A stretch of DNA of 64,000 bases. It comes from Antechinus flavipes (Eukaryota). Shown piece after piece: positions 37,518-49,500 of the stretch. The notes beneath the pieces were generated by a model. The model did not search any database and had not been told where the DNA came from. It was given only the letters and a program-made list of their open reading frames with translations. Made by a program: the position numbers and the translations under genes. The stretch is from contig NC_067398.1 in assembly GCF_016432865.1 (NCBI RefSeq), positions 341,124,001 through 341,188,000 of the forward strand, written 5' to 3'. Every line of letters begins with the position of its first letter. The stretch's first letter is position 1.

Positions 37518-40500
37518 GTGAGTCCTATAAAGGCTCAGGTGGAAGAGAACTTGTTCCAATCAGCCCTCGCCTGGGTGTGGGGGTATTATCCTTTCTTGTT
37601 TAACAGTACCAATCTTACCACCTTCAACTGACAAAAGCCATTCACACTTCCAACACTTTTAGGACTAAACTCACTTCCTTCTGTTGATATCCCCCAAACC
37701 ATTGCTGCTTTCTGAACTGTGCCTCTGGATCTCATCTCATCCCCAGGTCCTGAGACAAATGAGAGTCCAGCAAGAGCTGACAATTTACATAGGGAGTGGT
37801 CCACAGATACACATACAGGCGGCGATGGAGAGGTTAAGAGGGATTTCAGTTAAGATTTATCAAGTGCCTATTATGGGGAAGGCACTGTACTAGGGACTGG
37901 GGGATGCAGTGATAGATACATTATGGGAAAAAGAAACAGAAAAAAGAAAGAAAAAATGGTACAGTGGATAGAACACTGGCCCTAAAGTCAGGAGGACCTG
38001 ATCAAAGCATACTTTTCTTTCACAATATGATAATATGGAAATATGTTTTAAATGTTTGAACATAGATAACCTGTATGAGATTGCTTGCTGTCTTGGGACA
38101 TATTTCCATATTATCATGTTGTGGAAAAAAAAAGTCAGAACAAAAGGGAGAAAAAAAAAACAAAAAGAAAAGTGAAAATAATATGCTTTGATCTGCATTC
38201 AATCTCCATAGTTCTTTTTCTGGATGTGGATGGCATTTTCCATGCCAAGTCTTTTAGAATTGTCTTGTTTCACTGCATTGCTGAGAAGAGGTAAGTCTCC
38301 TATAATTGATCATCATGCAGTCTTGCTGTTGCTGTGTACAGTGTTCTCTTGGTTCTGCTCACTTCAATCAGCAACAGTTCTTGTAAGTCTTTCCAGGCTT
38401 TTCTAAAATCAACCTGCCCAACATTTCTTATAGAACAATAATATTCCATTATATTCCATTACAACTTATTATTCAGTCATTACCCAAACGATCCATATCC
38501 CTTTAATTTCCAATTCTTTGCTTCCACAAAAAAAAATGCTATAGCTATTTTTGTATATGTGGGTCCTTTTCCATTTTTTATGATCTCTTTGAGATACAAA
38601 CCCATCAATGGTATTGCTCTATCAAAGAGTAAGAAGGGGGTAGAAGGGGTGTAGCTGGGTGGGGCAGTGCATAGAGCATCAGCTCTGAAGTCAAGAGGAC
38701 CTGAGTTCAAATCTGGTCTCAGACACTTAACACTCCCTGGCTATGTGACCCTGGGCAAGTCACTTAACCCCAATTGCCTTAGCAAAAAAAAAAAAAAAAA
38801 AAAAAAAACAAAACAAAAAACAAAGAGTAAGCACAGTTTGATTGCCTTTGGACATAGTTTCAAATTGTTCTCTAGAATAATTGGATCAGTTCCACTGGAC
38901 AGTATCTGATCCTAAGACGAGTCTTCCTGATTAAAGGTTTGTGAGGTGATATATGTTGCCTAAATGTCCTTTAACTACGCCCCAGTCTCACCCAGCGGGG
39001 GTATCGCAAAATCTCATGCAACATTTGCAAGATCTCACTTTAGATTAGAACTATTCCCTCCCAGGAGGCCATCCCTCTAGGGCTACAGTAGGTAGCTCTT
39101 TGGTCTCCCTACATTTGTAGTGGGGCTTGTCCGGTGACTATTCATTCCCCTCCTGCACAGAGATTTAGATTTATCAAAGATCATAGAATTAGAGCTAGAA
39201 GGGGTCTTTAAAGAGATAGTTGGATTCAATCCCCCTCTTTATAATAGGAGAAATCTGAGGCACAGAGAGATGAAGTGATTTGCCTAGAGTTACACAGCTA
39301 GGAAATCTGAAGTAGAGTTTGAACTCGGACCCCTGATGTCCAGGTCCAGGACTTTATCTACTATTTCTATGACGGCTACCCACTGCTGGTGAGCATTTAT
39401 AGAGAACTTTAACATTTTCAAAGTGCTTTACATCTTCACAATAATCCTGTAAGGAAGGTGCTGTTATTATCCCCATTTTACAAGTAAGGGAATTGAAGTA
39501 TAACAGGGTTAAATGACACGGCCAGGATCACACAGAATGCAAGCTCAGGTCTTCCTGCCTCCTGGTTCTCTCCACTCCCCCATGCCGTCTCTATGGCCTG
39601 GCTAGGGATGGAGCTAAGTGTTGCAGTGGGTGGAGGGTGGGACTTGGAGTCAGGAAGACTTGCCTCTTACATTAGGTGCTAGAATACTTACTCATGACCT
39701 TATTAGCTTTATTACCATGATCAAGTCACTTAACTCTGTTTATCTTAGTCTATTCCTATGTAAAATAGTAATAATAACACCATTCCCCTTATAGGATTGT
39801 TCTAAGGATGAAATCAAATGGGATTGTGTAGGTAAGGAGCTTTGGAAACTTTTAAGTGATAAATAAATGTTATCAGTTTTATTATTTAAGGAGTGGACTG
39901 GAAGTCTCCATTTCCTTAAGGATCTCAGAATTCTCTGCCTCCTATTGTGATTTTAAACTCCCCCACGATTCCCTGTCAGCTGCAGCAGGAGGGATAGGAC
40001 CCTGGGGAGAAGGCTTGGTTTGTCTGACTGGCTTTGACAGCAACAACTGTTCCATGGCAGATTAATGAAGCCAAGCTGCCCTTTTTAGAAGGAAGATGAA
40101 ATGTCAGATCTGTAATGTTCTGGGTTCCTGGCTTCTCTTCCTTTGGGGAGCTAATTTTATACCCACCAAAGCTATCTAGACACAGTGCGCCTAGGTTAAG
40201 AGTCTACCTCGGCAAGGATTGGGAAAACCATTCTATGATGTAAAGAAAGAGGAGTCAGGTGTCTACACTTTCTGGGCAAGTTGGTCTGGATTCCCTCGGA
40301 GGTTCTTTGCACTGCGGATGGATATAGGATTTTACTAAGCTCTCTCCTCCATAATATACCTTCCTTATTGTACCTGCAGGAACATCCAAAGACTGAGTCT
40401 CCTCCCTCTCCCGCTAATCCACCCTAATCTTCGATGACTTTCACAAGAAGAAAGTTCTCCCTTACATTTACCCTAAATCTTTTCTGCTATAGGTTTTTCT

Positions 40501-43500
40501 GAAACAAATTTTAAAAATCCCTTTTTTCCCCTCAAATAACTATTTATTTTGTCTTTCTCCAACTTCCCTTCCTCACTACGGGAAAAGAAAATTAAAACTT
40601 TCTTCACATACATCATCCCCCTCACAAAAAAAGCAAGTTCTCAAATTAGAAATAAAATGTTTCATTGTTCAAATTTTGTCTTTCCCATGTCCGAGGGCGA
40701 CCTACTCTATCCTCTGGAATCATAGTTGTCATTGCTCAGATTGGAACTTTCAAGCCTTTCAAAGTTTACACTGCTGTGGTCACTGCATACATTCATTATC
40801 CTCCTGATTCTGCCTACTTCCCCATGCATCAGTTCATATAAGTCATCTCAGCTTTCCCCAAAACTGACCCTTTACTCATTTCTTTCCGCAGAATCATTTG
40901 CCATCACATTCATAGCTCAGAGTTTTATCCATCCGTTCCCCAATAGATGGCACCCCCTTAGTTTTCAGTCTTTTGCTATAGCAAAGGCCCTGCTGCAGTT
41001 TCAATCCTACTTTCCCTTTGATTCTTCCTCAGGCGGGCGGAACCATCTTCCTCTATGAGGAGCTTTTATAACCCGGAGGCCCTTTTTGCTTCTCTTTCCC
41101 CCTCTCACATCTCCCCACACTCTCTTCAGGCAGAAATAATTTTTGTTCCTTTCACCTTTTTTTCATGTCTTTTTTCTAATATATATAAATATCTGGGGAG
41201 CACAAAAGAGTCTGGCTGACCACTCCAGGCTGCTCATTGATGAGATATGTTCAGTCTTCCTGAAATCCAATCAGGGAATTCAAATGAGCTCTGTTTTCTA
41301 AGAAGCCCACTTCAAAAGGTCTGAGTATTGTTGAGAAGGAGCCTGAGAGAAAAACGAGGTGGAGGTCATATATTTTCTTCTTCTCTTCTCCCCTCCTTTC
41401 ACATTTCCTGTTTTTTCACTGGCTTTTTATTTTTGCCATAAACAAAAGGAAGGAGTGGGAGTCATGGGCTGGCTGCCTGAGAAGGTCACCTTACTGGTAT
41501 CAAGCTCCTCTCCCACCCCCTTCCCAGAGCCCTTTTTCCCTTTATGTCTGCCCCCTCCAAAGCCCCATTCCTCTCCATGAGTACCCTTCCTCACATTTGG
41601 TTGGAGGACTGAGGCCTCCGAAGAAGGAGTCGTTCACATTTTTAAATCCCTAGTCTGAATGCTGGCTAATCCTACCCAACATCTCCTTGCTCCAGCCTGG
41701 CAGGGCAGGGCACTGTGCCTTTGCCCACATGAAACTGTCTTCTCCTACAAATAGTGGAGGGGACCTGTTTTACCAGCCTGCCTTGCTGATTGGGCCCCAT
41801 CAACCCAGGAGCTCTGGCCTCCCATCATTTTCCTGGGTGATGGTCACAGATAAACTAACCAGTGGAAAAGGAGTCAAGGCACCTAAATTCTTCCCTTGCT
41901 TGGTTGTGTGACTCTGGACAAGTCTCTGGGACTCAATCTCTCCATCCAGAAATCAGGTGGGCAAGTCCATTCAAACCCTAGTAAGAGTAAGAGGGGTGAT
42001 TGAAAACACCAAAAAGATCTCCAAGACTGGAAGGGTTGTTTGTTCCTGGAAAAAGCACTTTGTATGACACGTCATGATGTAGGGGAAGAGCACTAATTTT
42101 GGAGTTAGGAGATATGAGTTCAAATCGCGCAAGGTTCTGGAGAAGTTAATTGACTTGTGGGCCAAAGGTGCTTCCTCCCTTCCTTCCTTCCTTAAATCCC
42201 ATCTGTGATTCTCCTGAATCCTCTAAATCCTGTGATCCTCTAAATATTATACTGTGATCTTCTAAAAGGCAAACACCAAAGCTGCTGAATCTGAGCTTGA
42301 AGCTGGGAATCACTTGGTCCTTGCGTCAATGATAGAGCTGGGGGAGGTAAAACGACCTGACNNNNNNNNNNNNNNNNNNNNNNNNNNNNNNNNNNNNNNN
42401 NNNNNNNNNNNNNNNNNNNNNNNNNNNNNNNNNNNNNNNNNNNNNNNNNNNNNNNNNNNNNNNNNNNNNNNNNNNNNNNNNNNNNNNNNNNNNNNNNNNN
42501 NNNNNNNCATTTTCCTTTTACCTCCACCTCCTCTCCTGCTATTCTCAGGACAGCTTTGGAGGGCAGACAGGGCAGGTTCAGTGTCTCTAGATGGCTCTTG
42601 AGGAAATGGTGTGGAGGTCCAACTCCTAGGTAATGTGTTAGAGTTACATCTGGAGTTGGAAAGCCTGCGGCTGAATCCTGGTTCTTTTATTTTCTAGCTG
42701 TGTTAACAAGGGATTTAACATTTTGGAGCCTCAGTTTTCTGAAACTGTAAAATGGGGCTAGTCATAATAATAATAGCGCTGCCTTCTTCACACTTTATAA
42801 ACCTCAAAGAAATGAGTAGTTATTGTCGCAATGCTTGTTCTCGGGACTGTTATTGTTGGAGAATGATGGCTGGGACTGGGGACGGGGATGTACCTGCTGC
42901 TGGGACTGTTGAGACCTACTGTCTATGGGGAGGATCCAGTGGCTCATTGCCTCTGTCATCCTCCAGGGAGGAAGGCGATGAAGGTGATTTCTTTTCCAAG
43001 ATGAAATTGATTCTGAAGAAGAAAGAAACTAGACAGCGATTGGGACGGCTGGAGGTGAGGAGTGGGGTCTCAGGGTCTCCAGTGGCTCTCTAGGCTGGAT
43101 TGAATGGCCAGGAATCCTCGCAGCTTGCTCTGGCCAGGGGAAGGGGCTACTTGGCTGCTCTTTAAACGACCCACAGGCTTTCTGTTGGCTCTCTGAAGCC
43201 AGTCCAGAACCCTGGGCTGAACAGCATCAGAAGTTTCCAGGGTGGGAGCCTGAGGTTCCTTATTCCAGCTGCTCATAGAGAAGATAACCCACCTGTCCAG
43301 CTCTGATATTGTGTGTCCCTAATGCAGGGGTTCTTGGCTCAAACATTCTTGAATTTTTTCATAATTCATTGTCTTTATTTAAAATTCTATGTATATTATG
43401 CATTTAAAAATCTTGTTCTGAGAAGGAAGCTGTCCATAGTCATCACCGGCATTTCCAAAGAGACTCTTGACACAAAAAAGGTTAAGAATTCCTGCTCCGC

Positions 43501-46500
43501 TGTGACATGGCTGCTGAAAGTAACCCTGGCCCCATATCCTGGGGGTGACCACCCCGGGGAGACAACTGCTTCCTGTTCTAGGAGGGGAGCACAAATGAAG
43601 GGAAACCCTTTTTCCCCTCTAACACCTTCCCAGCTACACTCTCCTCTCCCCATTTTGGAAGCAACATTTGGTAAAGGAGGTTAGTGGTGGAAATGGTAAG
43701 AAGGTAGAGCTCTGGCCCCACTCCCCAGGGACTTGGTGAGCCAAGACACTAGGACCTGAGGGGCTCTGCCTACTTCCCCCCTTTCCTGCCCTTCTCTCCC
43801 CTCCGCCTCTCTGGGGTCCTCGTGCTTCATTAATCTCCGCCATCTTTGCAGGGGGTCCTACACAGCAGTGCCCCTCCTCCTAGGGAGCCCCTGGGTCCTA
43901 GCCATGCTGCTGAAAGCCTGCCGCCAACCAAGAAGGAGGTAATGGAGAGAGCGGAGCTCTCCGGAACGCACGGGGGTGTGGGAAGGAGGGCCAGGTCTGT
44001 CTCCCTCAGCACAGGACTTCTACTTGGGTGCTTTAGTCCCCTGCCTGGGGGGCTGGCTGTGGGGCACTGACACTGTACAATGTCTCGTCCCACCTGTGCT
44101 CACTGCCCTCCCCACATACCTCAGGTGGAAATGCTCTTTGAGGAAGCCCTGTACACTGTGTGCTACAGATCAGGGGTGCCGTCCCCGGAGCATGTGGCCA
44201 GTGAAGACAAGCTCTTTGACTATCTTCAGAAGGTGAGTGGGGAAGAGGATCCCCTGGACACCACCCAGGGCACGTCTTGTAAAAGGGGAGGGTCCTGGGG
44301 GAGGAGCTGCCTTAGGTATTGATCCCAAAGTCTCTCCTGGTTCTCAGGGTACCCTCCACTGAACAGCAGGTCAGAGGGGCTCTACCTTGGGAAGTGGGGT
44401 AGTGAATCGGTCTGCTCTTTGGGGAACTTCCATAGATTTTAGCTGACCTTGGATTCAGCCAGCAACTATCAGAAATCCCAGCCCTGTTTGGGATGCCTGT
44501 CCCAAAGGCTCCTCCAGGGAGGACAGGAGCTTGTGGTTCTTAAGTACCTTCCCTTAAGATTGGCCCTAGTCCCTGCCCATCAAAGTACACTGATAGATAG
44601 TCAGGATACCAGGTCAGCGTGAGTGGGGGAGGGAGAGAGAAGGAAGGAAAGAGAAGANNNNNNNNNNNNNNNNNNNNNNNNNNNNNNNNNNNNNNNNNNN
44701 NNNNNNNNNNNNNNNNNNNNNNNNNNNNNNNNNNNNNNNNNNNNNNNNNNNNNNNNNNNNNNNNNNNNNNNNNNNNNNNNNNNNNNNNNNNNNNNNNNNN
44801 NNNNNNNNNNNNNNNNNNNNNNNNNNNNNNNNNNNNNNNNNNNNNNNNNNNNNNNNNNNNNNNNNNNNNNNNNNNNNNNNNNNNNNNNNNNNNNNNNNNN
44901 NNNNNNNNNNNNNNNNNNNNNNNNNNNNNNNNNNNNNNNNNNNNNNNNNNNNNNNNNNNNNNNNNNNNNNNNNNNNNNNNNNNNNNNNNNNNNNNNNNNN
45001 NNNNNNNNNNNNNNNNNNNNNNNNNNNNNNNNNNNNNNNNNNNNNNNNNNNNNNNNNNNNNNNNNNNNNNNNNNNNNNNNNNNNNNNNNNNNNNNNNNNN
45101 NNNNNNNNNNNNNNNNNNNNNNNNNNNNNNNNNNNNNNNNNNNNNNNNNNNNNNNNNNNNNNNNNNNNNNNNNNNNNNNNNNNNNNNNNNNNNNNNNNNN
45201 NNNNNNNNNNNNNNNNNNNNNNNNNNNNNNNNNNNNNNNNNNNNNNNNNNNNNNNNNNNNNNNNNNNNNNNNNNNNNNNNNNNNNNNNNNNNNNNNNAGA
45301 CAGAGGCAGAGATAGAGACAGAGAGAGACAGAGGCAGAGATAAAGGGAGAGACAAAGAGCGAGAGAGAGAGAGACAGAGAGAGACAGAGGCAGAGACACA
45401 GNNNNNNNNNNNNNNNNNNNNNNNNNNNNNNNNNNNNNNNNNNNNNNNNNNNNNNNNNNNNNNNNNNNNNNNNNNNNNNNNNNNNNNNNNNNNNNNNNNN
45501 NNNNNNNNNNNNNNNNNNNNNNNNNNNNNNNNNNNNNNNNNNNNNNNNNNNNNNNNNNNNNNNNNNNNNNNNNNNNNNNNNNNNNNNNNNNNNNNNNNNN
45601 NNNNNNNNNNNNNNNNNNNNNNNNNNNNNNNNNNNNNNNNNNNNNNNNNNNNNNNNNNNNNNNNNNNNNNNNNNNNNNNNNNNNNNNNNNNNNNNNNNNN
45701 NNNNNNNNNNNNNNNNNNNNNNNNNNNNNNNNNNNNNNNNNNNCAAAAAGAGAGAGAGGGAAAGGGAGAGAAGGAGAGGAGAAGAAGGAGGAGAAGGGAG
45801 GAGGAAGAAGAGGAGGGGGGAGGAGAGAGGGAGGGAAGAAAGAAGGAGAAAGAGAGAGAATGGTCCAAGCTATCCCCTGATCAGCCTTTGTCTCTGGAGT
45901 CTGCCTGTCCTGTTTGTCCTAATGTCTTCTGTGTTTGCTATTTACTAAGAGGTGGTAAGGGCTGTGGTTGCACAAACATCCACAGTCACTAGTCCTCAAG
46001 TCTGGCTACCACCGAGCTCTACCTTCCCAGTGCTCCCCCCACGGTCACTCACGCTAGACAAAAGACTCTTTTCTGGGCCTCCTTTCCCAGGGAGAGGGAC
46101 AGGGAACGTGAGAGGGAAATGGGGCCCACCGCAGAGTCCCTAACAGCCAGCCCAGGCCAGGCTCAGGGCCCTCCCCCCCGCACAGACCCACTGCTTCTCT
46201 GTGGCCTCCTGTCCGTGTCACGTCTGTATGTTGAGCTTGTAAGTCTCGTTGTAAATGTGTATTTTTTTAAAACTGTCTGCTGTCTTCTTTTGCCGTTTTC
46301 TGTTTGAACTCTTGCTCCACAGCGGGATCTGTCAGGGTGAGTAAGCCCTCCTTCCCCCTCCCCTCCCCAAGTGCTTAAGGTGTGTGAGAACAGAGGGCTG
46401 GGCCCTAAGCCCGTCCCCTCCCGGCCGCCTGCCCGGAGCTGGTCGCCCTCCCCTAATCAGCAGGAGCAGAGGGCGCACCCCCAGGCTGCTTGTGCCGGGG

Positions 46501-49500
46501 CCCTTCCGGGATGGGCGATGGGAGAGGCTGGAGCGGAGGAACCAGTCCCCACGTTTCCTCCCACGGCGTGCTGGAGAGCCCTAGGAGCTGGAAGGCACCT
46601 TAGACTTCATGTAGACTGCCCCTCCATGGGTCAGGTGGAAAAACCGAGGCCCAGGCTGACAAAGGGACCTGCCCAGGACACAAAGCCCAGTGTTGGAGTT
46701 TAGGATTAGAACTCGGGTCCGAGGGTTCCTAGCTCCGGGCTCCCATTTTTGTCCCCCTCCCACTGCGCCACAAATGCCTCTTCCCCTACTGGAGGGAGTC
46801 GGTTGGGGGGGACAAAAAGCTATTCCCCTTCTTTGCCCAGTTTCAGAAGCTATGGAAAGTGAGGGCCTTCAAAGATGACTGGCCTGGAATGAAGCAATCA
46901 CACAAGCACCTATTAGGCACTTACTGCATACTGGCATTAGAGTAGGTCCTGAACCAAAATTATAAAAAAAGACAGCCTCTGCCCTCAAGGAGCTTATACT
47001 TGTTCTGGGGAGACAGTCTACTGATAACCCACACAGGAAGGCCGCAGGCCAAATAAACATAAAGAGACTTTGTTGTTGGGGAAATTCGGTGGGAGCGGAA
47101 GAGACAGAAAAGCTCCATGTTACTTAAGTACTTCCTCCAGTCAATAGTTATCGATTAAGCGCCTACTACATGCTTAGGAGACAGTACATACTCAGACACT
47201 GTGCGAAGTGTTGGGGATTCAAAGGCAGAAGTAAATCATTGCCTGCCCACGTGATAAATGTCGAAATGTGTTTACAAGAATTGCACATGTTTAACCTATA
47301 TTGGATTGTTTGCTTTTTAGGGGAGGGAAGAGGGAGGGAGAAGATTTGGAACACAAGGTTTTGCAAGGGCGAATGTTGAAAGCTATCTTTGCAAGTATTT
47401 TGAAAAATAAAAAGCTATTATTAAAAAAGGAAAAAAAGCCTTTAGGAAGCTTACATAATAACTGGAGATTCAATGGCACTTAGATAGGCGGTAATTATAA
47501 TTCAGACAAAGGAGATACAAGGTAATTTTTTTCCCTATTTAATATTTATTTTTCTCTCCTTTCCTCTCTCATCTGCATTGGAAGAGGAACAAAAAACAAA
47601 AAATCAAAAAATAAATTGATAACAAGATAATCTTTCAGGGGAAAGGGGAGGAGAGAATAGGAAAAGCCTCATGTAGAAGGTAACTGAGTGTTGTAGGGAA
47701 TTGGAGCCCAAAAAATGGGGTTGAGAAAGGAGGCAGCATTCTTAGCATGGGGACAGTATAAAACAAGCGGTAGAATGAGGAAATACAAGATGGCCAGCAT
47801 GAGTGAAATATCAGATGCAGGGAGGGGAGACATGTACAAAAGGTAGGAAGGGGATGATGATTGAAGAACTTGAAATGTTTTTATATCTGATCCTGGAAGC
47901 GATAGAGAGCCATTGCAGTTTACTGAGCAGAATCTGTGTTTTTTAGGACCTTCATTTTGGTTTTGATTAGAGAAAGACTTTAGGCAGGGGCTTCAGTTAG
48001 CAGGCTGAGTTCTGATGAGAGTGCAGGGTGGTGTCTGTGAGTGGAGAGAAGCTAATGGATATTATAGATGTCATTGAAGTGGCAGTGACAAAATCCAGCA
48101 CCTGATTGTGGGGTGAGAGAGGGCAAGGAGGTGAGAATGATACCCAAGTTGTGAACCTGAGTGATTGGATAGTTAGAGGGGTCCCTGATAAGGAAAAAAA
48201 GTAGAGATTTTGGTTTTGGAGAGGGAAAGATTATCAGTTCTATTCTGTGTATGAGACATATAATGCAAATAGGCAGATGGTAACATGGGGCTGAAGCTCA
48301 AGAGATAAACTAGCTCTGGATATTCAGATATGAATGATTTGGGTAGAGAGGATAACTGATCCACAGAAGCTGATGAGATCAAGTGAGAAAAAAAAGGGCC
48401 TAGGAGAGTCTTGTGATATGTTTACAACTGGGGGCATGATGTCCCCCTAGCAGAGAAGAGGAGCTGTTAGATAAGTGAGAAGTCCAAAAGAGATAGCAGT
48501 GTCATGAAAACCCCAAACCGGGAGAGTGTCCAAGAGAGTGGTCAGTAGTAGTAAAGGCTACAGAGATGTGGGAAAGTGTGAGGATTGAGGAAAGGCCGTC
48601 AGATTTGGCAATTAAGAAATCGTTGATAACTTTGGAGAAGGAAGTTTCAGTTGAATGATGAAGTCAACAGCCAGTTGGCCAAAGGTTCAGAAGAGAGTGA
48701 GGGAAAAATTAGAGACTTCCAGTGTAGGACTTTGGCTGGAAAGGGAAGAGAGATATAGAATGCTTCTTGCCCAATATTACTAAGGTAGTCAACTAGGATG
48801 CAAAGTTAGGTGCTTGGACTGGGATCCAAATATCCTTCCATCCCACAATCTGCCCACTTGGACAGAATTTCTACTTTGGGAACCAGCAGGAAAAAGTTGG
48901 AATTCTTTTAAAAAAGATATCAAGAGTATTTTACTGTTCCATAGTTTTCAACATTCATTTTTCGAAGACTGTGTGTTCTAATTTTTTCTCTCTTCCTCCT
49001 TCCCCTCTCCTTCTCCCCAAAACAGCAAGCAATCTGATATAGGTTAAATATGTACAACCCTTTTAAACGTATTTCCATATTTGTCATGTTGTGCAAGAAA
49101 AATCAGACCAAAAGGGAAAAAAATCCATGAGAAGGAAAACAACAAAAAAGGTGAAAATCCACATTCAGTCTCCATAGTTCTCTCTCTGGATGCAGATGGC
49201 ATTTTCTATCCCAGTCTGTTGGAATTTGCCTTGAATCACCACATTGTTGAGAAGAGGCAAATCCATCAGTTGATCATCACATAATCTTGCTGTTAGTGTG
49301 TACAACGTTCTCCTGGTTGTGCTCAGAAAGTTGGGATTCTTTAGGGAGAGTGAGTTCTAGGGGAGAGCGAGCTGAGTTCTGTGCCCATAAAAGTCCTCAA
49401 TAACCTCCCCAGTCACAGCCCGCTGGAGATGAGGATTTGGGAAGCGTAGTAGGGAGGAAGAGAGGGTTGAAGGTTCTGTGGAAATTAAAAGTGACAGCCC

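Noticed and set aside
41031-41130. Possible extra BAIAP3 exon (RAEPSSSMRSFYNPEALF)
   Set aside because: It has an acceptor and compatible phase, but no GT donor before the stop and no counterpart that I know of.
44540-45992. ORFs of 230-457 aa
   Set aside because: Mostly N-gap plus GA repeats.
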